DNA of 11,852 nucleotides, from assembly GCA_964454175.1 (NCBI GenBank), contig CAYVSA010000033.1, positions 9,417 to 21,268 on the forward strand, read 5' to 3'. Below the pieces are notes generated by a model. That model was not told the origin of the DNA, did not search any database, and saw only the letters and a list, made by a program, of their open reading frames with translations. Below, in pieces: positions 1 to 6,725 of this stretch (positions are counted from its first letter, which is position 1; each line of letters starts with the position of its first letter). Source of the DNA: an uncultured Pseudomonadota bacterium. GTDB taxonomy: Bacteria > BMS3Abin14. A program made the position numbers and the translations under genes.

Positions 1-17
1 TTACATCCCTCAACATC

Positions 18-45
18 TTGACATCACAATCTATTACAATACAAT
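18..45 (+). promoter_or_regulatory. Sigma70-type promoter upstream of the J-domain gene
   Basis: Perfect -35 TTGACA at 18-23, 16-bp spacer, -10 TACAAT at 40-45 (5/6 match). This implies the ORF-track TTG start at 18 is not the real start. Confidence 0.65.
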
Positions 46-131
46 ATGTTGTGGTAGTCATTGCCGGATACTATGTTTTTCCTTATTCACGGGGAGACCG
101 CCAAAGTGGCAGGATATGGTGGCTTATCTTA

Positions 132-818
132 ATGGCCGGTGCAGAGCTGATAGCTGCATGTGAGTTACTGTTTGGCTGGAGTGGTAACGAGGTAACTGCG
201 CGCCTGCAGCTGCTTGACGATAAACATCTGGACGAAACCTTCCGGAAACGTGCCCTTGCTACTCACCCTGACAGGGCCTTTACCCTGGGTCTCGATGAAT
301 CCGAATGCGTTGCTCAGTTCAGGGAGGCGAAGGAAGCTTACAGCAGGATCCGAAATTTTGTCGAACGTCGCAGTGCCTTATACGGGCCCGGAAACCCCGT
401 TCGAATTCCTCGCGAGGGGCCGGATAACAGATACTGGAGAGGACAGATCCCAGGCAGGAAGCTTCTCTTTGGTCAGTTCCTCTATTATTCAGGACGTATC
501 TCCTCAAGGGAATTGGTCGATGCTGTTCTGTGGCAGTGGTTCCAGAGGCCCGTTTTCGGCAAAATTGCCTGCATGTGGGGATATCTTGAATCAGACCAGG
601 TTGAGAGTCTTCTCTGTGGAATGGAAATGAACGAGAGAATAGGCGAAGCAGCCCTCAGATCAGGCTGCCTGACCCCTTTTAAGTGTAACGCAGTGCTGGG
701 GCTCCAGCGCATGATCCAGAGGCCTATTGGAAGGTACTTCGTTGAAAAGAACATCATAACATCCGATCAGATGCAAGGATCCCTGCGCAGGTTCAGGGAT
801 CATAACCTCACTACCTGA
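132..818 (+). CDS. J-domain (DnaJ-like) protein with four C-terminal MshEN-like repeats (228 aa)
   Basis: J-domain pattern LDETFRKRALATHPD...FREAKEAYSRI (HPD at 264-272). The C-terminal half has four 24-aa repeats resembling xhGxxhxxxGxhxxxxhxxxhxxQ at 465-536, 552-623, 636-707 and 723-794. ATG 132 is the first in-frame ATG downstream of the promoter. Confidence 0.8.
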   Translation: MAGAELIAACELLFGWSGNEVTARLQLLDDKHLDETFRKRALATHPDRAFTLGLDESECVAQFREAKEAYSRIRNFVERRSALYGPGNPVRIPREGPDNRYWRGQIPGRKLLFGQFLYYSGRISSRELVDAVLWQWFQRPVFGKIACMWGYLESDQVESLLCGMEMNERIGEAALRSGCLTPFKCNAVLGLQRMIQRPIGRYFVEKNIITSDQMQGSLRRFRDHNLTT

Positions 819-885
819 ATATACCTTTAAGCTGACTATGACCTCTATTTCATTTCGCTAGCCTGGGCAGGGAACAGGGACCCTG

Positions 886-2511
886 GTGCTCGTGACTGTT
901 AATCACAGCATTCACGAGGCCAGTAAAAGAGGCAGGACGTTGCTCCATAAAAGTGAAACTGCAAAAATTGCAGAAAAGATATATCGCGGGTTTGCCGCAC
1001 GTTTCCCTGTGTGCTGTGAAAGTGACGAATTTTATTTCTTTCCACAGTGCCTGGCTGAAGAAAAGTCGTGGTCGCAGTGGGATGATTTTTCCGAGTCGTC
1101 AGTGGCAGGATTTTTAACTGATCTATTCACATGGGATCGGCAGCTTGTTGAGCTTGACACCGGAACAGCAAAGTCCGGGGAACAAACGGAAATTGACCTC
1201 CTCACCGGACTGTGCAGGACTGTCCGGGAGCAGTTTGAAGATGTTTCTTTTCACCAAAGACAGCCAACTTTTTATTTGACGGTCGCCTGTGTCGGCCTTG
1301 CTCATGCTCTTGAACAGGGTGGCAGTCGCGCTTTTTCTCAGAGGGCCGCCAGCCTCGCTTCCCTGACGGAAACAGGATTGGAGAACATGACAGTGGTGCC
1401 GGCAGTATTTCACGATCGGGCTCTGGAAATGGCTGCCAGAACCGTTACATGGTTGGAATCTCTTGTAGACAAGGGTTTTGAGGCCGTGCCTGCCTTAAGT
1501 GCAGTTGAAAATTTTGTCTCAGGTCTCCGCAGAGTAAAGGCCCAGGGCGATTTCAAACTTCGCAAGGATATATTCGAAAAAGTGGTCTCGGCTCATTTAG
1601 GGTGCGGTGTCAGCAGCAGCGAGGTGCTCGGGGAACTAGAAGATGAGTTCGCTTTCATGAATGGGGAACTCAAAAAAATATCCGAGTCCATAAGTCCAGG
1701 CCTCGATTGGCGCGCAGTCTATAAAAGTATGGGCAAGCGATCTGTCGGCAGCCGCACACTAAAGGAAACATTTTCCAGGCAGATAGATGATCTTCTGGTT
1801 CACTGCATCGATTCGGATCTGGTCACATCAGAATTAGCTGAAAAATGCCCTGTAAGGGTCAACACTGTGCCCACAGCGTTGACGGCGGTTCGCTCTGCCG
1901 ATTCTTACAGCGCAAGGCCCGGCTATCCGCCATCTGGCGGCACCTTCTATATCTTCGAGGAAGGCAACTCCGAGCGCTTATCTGAGGGAATACACCCGGA
2001 GACCAGGATGACCGCTGCTCACGAGATCTGGCCAGGTCACCATTTACTTGACGCCTGCAGGTGGAGCCTCGAAAATGCGGTGAGAAGGCCTCTTGAAAGC
2101 CCCCTTTTCTATGAAGGCTGGGCCTGTTTTGCTGAACAACTGACAGCCCTGACTGGTTATTTTACCGGTCCTGGCGACATGCTCATTCTCGCCAAACGAA
2201 GGATGTCCCACTCGATCAGGGGGATCGTGGACATTTCACTGCACACGGGGAGGATGGATCTCGACGAGGCCGCCGACACCCTGGAGGCAGCGGGTTTTGC
2301 CCGCACTCTTGCCCGGCAGATCGTCCTGAGGTACACTCTGCATCCCGGCTATCAGGCGTGCTACACTCTGGGACTTCGCCGGTTCCAGTCACTCTTCGAC
2401 CGGTTTGGCAGGGACGACCCGGCCGACTTTGTTAAAATAGTAATGGGGCAGGGAGAGATCCCTTTTGGCGCCTTGGAGCGTGTGTTCTCTGACATGGAAT
2501 TACAAGCTTAA
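886..2511 (+). CDS. DUF885-family zincin-like metallopeptidase, predicted cytoplasmic
   Basis: Family motifs AHEIWPGHH (HExxPGHH, 2020-2043), FYEGWACFAE (E at 2113), VDISLH and PGYQACYTLG. No signal peptide or lipobox. Start uncertain: GTG 886, or TTG 940 preceded by AGAGGCAGGA. Confidence 0.85.
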   Translation: MLVTVNHSIHEASKRGRTLLHKSETAKIAEKIYRGFAARFPVCCESDEFYFFPQCLAEEKSWSQWDDFSESSVAGFLTDLFTWDRQLVELDTGTAKSGEQTEIDLLTGLCRTVREQFEDVSFHQRQPTFYLTVACVGLAHALEQGGSRAFSQRAASLASLTETGLENMTVVPAVFHDRALEMAARTVTWLESLVDKGFEAVPALSAVENFVSGLRRVKAQGDFKLRKDIFEKVVSAHLGCGVSSSEVLGELEDEFAFMNGELKKISESISPGLDWRAVYKSMGKRSVGSRTLKETFSRQIDDLLVHCIDSDLVTSELAEKCPVRVNTVPTALTAVRSADSYSARPGYPPSGGTFYIFEEGNSERLSEGIHPETRMTAAHEIWPGHHLLDACRWSLENAVRRPLESPLFYEGWACFAEQLTALTGYFTGPGDMLILAKRRMSHSIRGIVDISLHTGRMDLDEAADTLEAAGFARTLARQIVLRYTLHPGYQACYTLGLRRFQSLFDRFGRDDPADFVKIVMGQGEIPFGALERVFSDMELQA

Positions 2512-2563
2512 CGTTGAAAGTAAAAGTACATTTCAGGCACGCGAATACACAAAATTCACTTTT

Positions 2564-2611
2564 CGATTTCGAAATCGGTTTTCATAATAACCTTTAACTT
2601 TAAATATTTAA
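2564..2611. promoter_or_regulatory. AT-rich intergenic region with two perfect palindromes (candidate operators) and a possible -10 element
   Basis: CGATTTCGAAATCG (2564-2577, 14 bp) and TTAAATATTTAA (2600-2611, 12 bp) flank CATAAT (2583-2588). RBS-like GGGAG lies just before ATG 2636. Confidence 0.4.
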
Positions 2612-2635
2612 CGGTGAATCAGGCGGGAGCGAACC

Positions 2636-4027
2636 ATGACAGATCAATTTGCGGGATTTCACTCCGAGTGGAACCTGGGCAGCCCCGGGGGCTGGGATTA
2701 CCAGCGCATAACCCAGCTGATAGGGAAAAAAACCTGGGAGAAGTTAAACAGTATCAGGTCGATAGGAGTTGATCTCGATTTCGACCATCCCCTGCTCTAT
2801 CCGGTATTCGGGTTCGTCGACATGCTCGTTAACACACACCGGGCTAGGAATGGGTCGAACCCGGGTTTCATTGCGGTGGTGGCAGAAGAAGAGACCCTCG
2901 AGGATGTGGCTGAGAACATCAATCTTGCGGTGCATCTAAACAGAGTTGACGGCATTTCCAGTGCACTCATGGCTCCTGACGAACTGGAACTCACAGGTGG
3001 AATAGTCACCTGGAAGGGGAGGCAGGTTTCCGTTATCTTTATGGATTTCAACTCCGATGTGCTCCTTTCCCTTCACCGCAAGCATGGTCTTGACCCGCTC
3101 CTGCAGGCAGTTTCAGAGGGAAGGGTAGTAAATCCCAGGGGCACTGAACCGATAAACGTAAAGAGTATGTTCGAAGTTATCACCGGAAAACAGCGGGACA
3201 GATTCCAGCCGGAAACTGTTAGAAGAACACCCTGGACAAGGAGGTTTTTTGACAGGAATACTGACGGCCCCGGGGGCGAGCATATCTCAGACCTGGTCGA
3301 CTGGACCAGAAGGAACTGGAACGATCTGGTGCTCAAGCCTGAGAGGGGGTATTCCGGAATGGGAGTACGCGTGGGAGGCGTGAACCCTGATCCAGATGAA
3401 GCGGTTAGTCTTGCGCTACGGGAGGGCAGTTACATAGTCCAGGAAAAAATCCCGCTGAATCTATGGGCCGAGGACAATCCCAGTCTGGACAGGGAGGCCA
3501 AAAAAGTCATGCTCTCAAGATACCAGACTGACTTCAGATGCCTCATGGGACCGGAAGGACTCTTCGGATTCCTGGTCCGTTTTGGGGGTGTTCCGACCAA
3601 TGTGGGAAGCGGCGGCGGGGTCCAGCCGTTAGCGATCCTTCGATCTGATATGACTGTCAGGGATGCAGTCAACCGCATTAACGATGCCATCTGCAGTATG
3701 GATTTTGCGGATCTCCTCGATGTAGTTGAGGGGCAGGAGCAAATGGCCCTCGATCAGAGATTTACCTACCTGCTCGGCCCCATCTGGCTCGGCCTCAGGC
3801 CCAGGGTGATAACCGAGGGTCATCTGAAAAAACTCGGGGAATACTGCAGTTCGATGTGGACCGATTGCCTTGTCCTGGAAAAGATGTGGCTCGCCGGGGA
3901 TCTGGACGAGTTCGTGAATATCGAAAACGAGGAGTTGAAGATCGCGCGTTCCCAGCCCTGGAAGGGATCCGCCGCAGTTTTTGCCTCAGACGGGCTGTTC
4001 AGCTTCGGTGCCAACCCGGAGGATTGA
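2636..4027 (+). CDS. ATP-grasp amide/peptide ligase related to the circularly permuted (glutathionylspermidine synthetase-like) group, with atypical permutation (463 aa)
   Basis: Motifs SEWNLGSPGG (E11/N13), VVNP..K, TPWTR, LVLKPERGYSGMGV (K234, Gly-rich lid loop), YIVQEKIPL (Q269), DFR (D299), TNVGSGGG (N322), RPRVIT (R388) and FASDGLF (D452). Confidence 0.8.
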   Translation: MTDQFAGFHSEWNLGSPGGWDYQRITQLIGKKTWEKLNSIRSIGVDLDFDHPLLYPVFGFVDMLVNTHRARNGSNPGFIAVVAEEETLEDVAENINLAVHLNRVDGISSALMAPDELELTGGIVTWKGRQVSVIFMDFNSDVLLSLHRKHGLDPLLQAVSEGRVVNPRGTEPINVKSMFEVITGKQRDRFQPETVRRTPWTRRFFDRNTDGPGGEHISDLVDWTRRNWNDLVLKPERGYSGMGVRVGGVNPDPDEAVSLALREGSYIVQEKIPLNLWAEDNPSLDREAKKVMLSRYQTDFRCLMGPEGLFGFLVRFGGVPTNVGSGGGVQPLAILRSDMTVRDAVNRINDAICSMDFADLLDVVEGQEQMALDQRFTYLLGPIWLGLRPRVITEGHLKKLGEYCSSMWTDCLVLEKMWLAGDLDEFVNIENEELKIARSQPWKGSAAVFASDGLFSFGANPED

Positions 4028-4815
4028 TGAAAAGCCAAGTCGACCCGGACTGGTGGAAAACGATCTTCGATGAGGTCTATCTCCTTACCGACGCGAGGTC
4101 TGTCTGCGACCTGGACCTTACCAGGAGGGAAACTGACGTCCTGTGCAAGCTCCTTCCAATTGAAACAGACCACACCATCCTTGATCTGTGCGGCGGCCAG
4201 GGCCGGCACAGCATTGAACTTGCTGCAAGGGGTCAAGGCAGATGTACGGTCCTCGATTATTCGCAGCACCTGATCGACCTGGGAAAGAAGGCAGCCCTTC
4301 AAAAGGGTGTTCCGGTCGGCTTCATACAGGGTGACGCGAGGAGCACAGGATTGCCAGACGGGGATTTCGACCACGTGATAATTATGGGAAACTCCATGGG
4401 GTACCTCCCGGACCCGGAGGATGACCTGCGCATATTAAGGGAAGCATTGAGGTTGATGAGGCCCGGCTCGTGGATCTTCATTGACGTGGCTGACGGTGAC
4501 AAGGTCAAAAACAAGCTCAACCCCAATGCATGGCACGAGATCGGAGAAGATATCATCGTGTGCAGGGCGAGGCAGGTGGATGGGGACGTTATAATCGCGA
4601 GGGAAGTTATACTATCCAGGGAAGGGGGGCTTATCCGGGATCAGAGTTATTCCATCCGATATTTCAGCGCCGAGAAGCTTGAGGGATTGATGCTGGAGGC
4701 AGGCTTCGGGAATATACGGGTACACCGGAATTTTTCACCTCACAACAAGGACGGGGATTTTGGCTTTATGAACCGCCGAATGATACTCACGGGTTGCAAG
4801 CCCGGTGATTGCTGA
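4027..4815 (+). CDS. Class I SAM-dependent methyltransferase (262 aa)
   Basis: Motif I ILDLCGGQGRH, acidic VLDYS, QGDAR, FDHVIIMGNSMGY and LRLMRPGSWIFID. ATG 4027 overlaps the upstream TGA stop (TGATG), indicating translational coupling; the ORF-track start at 3856 lies inside the upstream gene. Confidence 0.92.
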   Translation: MKSQVDPDWWKTIFDEVYLLTDARSVCDLDLTRRETDVLCKLLPIETDHTILDLCGGQGRHSIELAARGQGRCTVLDYSQHLIDLGKKAALQKGVPVGFIQGDARSTGLPDGDFDHVIIMGNSMGYLPDPEDDLRILREALRLMRPGSWIFIDVADGDKVKNKLNPNAWHEIGEDIIVCRARQVDGDVIIAREVILSREGGLIRDQSYSIRYFSAEKLEGLMLEAGFGNIRVHRNFSPHNKDGDFGFMNRRMILTGCKPGDC

Positions 4816-4820
4816 CAGAT

Positions 4821-4854
4821 TTACCTTGAGTGGTACTCTTGAAGGTAATATCAT
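4821..4854 (+). promoter_or_regulatory. Sigma70-type promoter for fabH overlapped by an inverted repeat
   Basis: -35 TTGAGT (4826-4831), 17-bp spacer, -10 TATCAT (4849-4854). Inverted repeat TTACCTT (4821-4827) / AAGGTAA (4842-4848) with inner GAGT/ACTC. Confidence 0.5.
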
Positions 4855-4980
4855 GGGATCCGCTTCATATATATTAATGATTGGTCGAAAGGGAAAATGG
4901 CACTTTGCTCTTTTCGAGGTGTAAAAAGTAAAGGATGGGCATTTAAGGACCCTGTCAAAATTTAGATTAGGGAGGTATTG

Positions 4981-5961
4981 ATGAAAGGGAACCGAATAAT
5001 AGGCACAGGTGCGGGATATCCATCGCGGATCATGACCAACGAAGACCTGAGCAAGTTAGTGGATACTACTGACGAGTGGATCGTCAGCCGGACAGGAATA
5101 AGGGAACGGAGGATAGCCGAAGACGGTGAGACCACATCTGATTTCGCTGCCACTGCTGCTTTAAACGCCTGCGAGATGGCGGGAATCGACCCCATGGAGC
5201 TTGATCTCATCATCCTGGCCACTCTTTCCCCGGATATGCTGATCCCCTCAACAGCGTGCATGGTTCAGGATAAGATCGGTGCAAAAAATGCGGCATGTTT
5301 TGATCTGGAGGCTGCCTGTTCCGGGTTTGTGTACGGGATAACGGTCGCTGATGCCATGATGCCAGACAGCGGCATAAAACATGCTCTGGTCATCGGCGCC
5401 GAAACGCTTTCCAGGGTCATAGACTGGAGCGATAGGAACACCTGCGTTCTGTTTGCCGACGGAGCTGGCGCGGCGATATTGAGAAACGAGGGCGGCGAAA
5501 GGGGAGTAATGTCAACCTACATCAAGGCTGACGGCTCCGCCCCGGCACCCTGGCTCATGGTTTCACCCGGCGTTGCCTTTCAGGTTCCAAAATCCGAACA
5601 GAGAGACAGTCATTTTGCCATCAGAATGGAGGGCAAGGAGGTGTTCAAGTTTGGTGTGAGGGCTCTTCCTGATGCCGTCAGAAACGCTGCTGAAAGAGCC
5701 GGTATCGGGATTGAGGACCTGGACATCATTATTCCTCACCAGGCGAATATAAGAATTATCGATGCTGGTGCCAGGGCGCTGGGCATCGACAAGGAAAAGT
5801 TTTTTGTTAACCTCGATAAGTTTGGCAACACTTCGGCCGGAACGATCCCCCTTGCTCTGGACCAGGCAAACAGGGAGGGGCGAATAAATGAGGGGGATCT
5901 GGTAGCCTTGGCCGGATTCGGCGCGGGTCTGACCTGGGCGGGAAGTGTTATCAGGTGGTAA
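4981..5961 (+). CDS. fabH: 3-oxoacyl-ACP synthase III (beta-ketoacyl-ACP synthase III)
   Basis: DTTDEWIVSRTGIRERR, catalytic Cys in AACSGF, LFADGAGA, MEGKEVFK, His in PHQAN, Asn in GNTSA, GFGAGLTW. RBS GGAGG at 4971-4975 favours ATG 4981 over TTG 4978. Confidence 0.96.
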   Translation: MKGNRIIGTGAGYPSRIMTNEDLSKLVDTTDEWIVSRTGIRERRIAEDGETTSDFAATAALNACEMAGIDPMELDLIILATLSPDMLIPSTACMVQDKIGAKNAACFDLEAACSGFVYGITVADAMMPDSGIKHALVIGAETLSRVIDWSDRNTCVLFADGAGAAILRNEGGERGVMSTYIKADGSAPAPWLMVSPGVAFQVPKSEQRDSHFAIRMEGKEVFKFGVRALPDAVRNAAERAGIGIEDLDIIIPHQANIRIIDAGARALGIDKEKFFVNLDKFGNTSAGTIPLALDQANREGRINEGDLVALAGFGAGLTWAGSVIRW

Positions 5962-6691
5962 GCATAAAACCGGTTTCCAGGCTTCCGAGAACCATGTCCA
6001 CTATTATTGCGAAGAGACCCACCAGAACGGCACCTTCGATGATGTAGGCCGGGTTTTCAGAGATGATGCCCGCTATTATTGGAGCGCCCAGACCTCCGGC
6101 TCCAATTGTTGCGCCCAGGGTCGCTGTCCCGATGTTGATTATCGTGGAGATCCTCACTCCTGCCATGATCACAGGCATGGACAGGGGAATCTCCACCTTA
6201 GTCAGGACCTGCAAGGGTCTCATCCCCATTCCCCGCGCGGCTTCGATCACATCAGCCGGGACTGAATCCAGGCCAGCGATCGTATTTCTCAAAACTGGCA
6301 GGAGGCCATAGAGGAATAGTGCTACCAGTGTAGGCTTAAAGCCGAAGCCGACTACGGGAACTGCGATCGCGAGTACGGCAACTGGCGGGAAGGTCTGTCC
6401 TATGGAGGCGATGGCGCTGACAGTGTGGAGAAAATCCCTTCCGGATTCCCTGGTGACGAATACTCCAGCAAGCAGCCCTGTTAACGTAGCAAGCCCGCTG
6501 GAGATAAAGACTAACTGAGCGTGCTCCAGTACAAGACTGAGGAAAGGCGCACGGCTGTAAACAACAGGAGAATTATCTGCTGCTATACCCGACAGCAGAT
6601 CCTTCCATATCCCCTCATCCAGAGTAAGGAAAACGAAAATACCCGTGAGGATAATGAGAGCGGCTATTTTCCAGAAATGTTTCATATTCAC
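5951..6691 (-). CDS. yehW: Osmoprotectant ABC transporter permease (YehW-like)
   Basis: GQTFPPVAVLA motif, EAA loop EAARGMGM, several hydrophobic helices, last gene of the four-gene ABC operon. Start is GTG 6691 or ATG 6685. Confidence 0.9.
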   Translation of the reverse strand: MNMKHFWKIAALIILTGIFVFLTLDEGIWKDLLSGIAADNSPVVYSRAPFLSLVLEHAQLVFISSGLATLTGLLAGVFVTRESGRDFLHTVSAIASIGQTFPPVAVLAIAVPVVGFGFKPTLVALFLYGLLPVLRNTIAGLDSVPADVIEAARGMGMRPLQVLTKVEIPLSMPVIMAGVRISTIINIGTATLGATIGAGGLGAPIIAGIISENPAYIIEGAVLVGLFAIIVDMVLGSLETGFMLTT

Positions 6692-6725
6692 CAGTTACCC
6701 GGCATGATCATAAAGCCAGCAGATT

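Noticed and set aside
18-131. N-terminal 38-aa hydrophobic extension of the J-domain ORF (could suggest a membrane anchor)
   Set aside because: The TTG at 18 is the first half of a TTGACA -35 box with a matching -10 and has no RBS; ATG 132 is more plausible.
46-131. Possible c-di-GMP riboswitch in the leader of the J-domain/MshEN gene
   Set aside because: No GEMM hallmarks (GGCAAACC...GAAA...GACGCAAAGC) are visible.
214-630. 138-aa alternative-frame ORF inside the J-domain gene
   Set aside because: Fully nested, no motifs; the other frame carries the HPD and repeat signatures.
3856-4026. 57-aa N-terminal extension of the methyltransferase in the ORF track
   Set aside because: It overlaps the motif-bearing C-terminus of the ligase in another frame; the TGATG coupling at 4025-4029 gives the natural start.
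3820-4374. 184-aa minus-strand ORF
   Set aside because: Antisense shadow of the ligase and methyltransferase with no recognisable motifs.
886-4815. Graspetide/RiPP cluster or ergothioneine pathway interpretation
   Set aside because: No precursor peptide ORF, the ligase lacks canonical RimK-type motif order, and no sulfoxide synthase or sulfurtransferase is present.
4898-4912. TGGCAC followed by TTGC resembling a sigma54 promoter before fabH
   Set aside because: Spacing is wrong: the GC must lie 10 nt after the GG, but positions 4911-4912 are TT.
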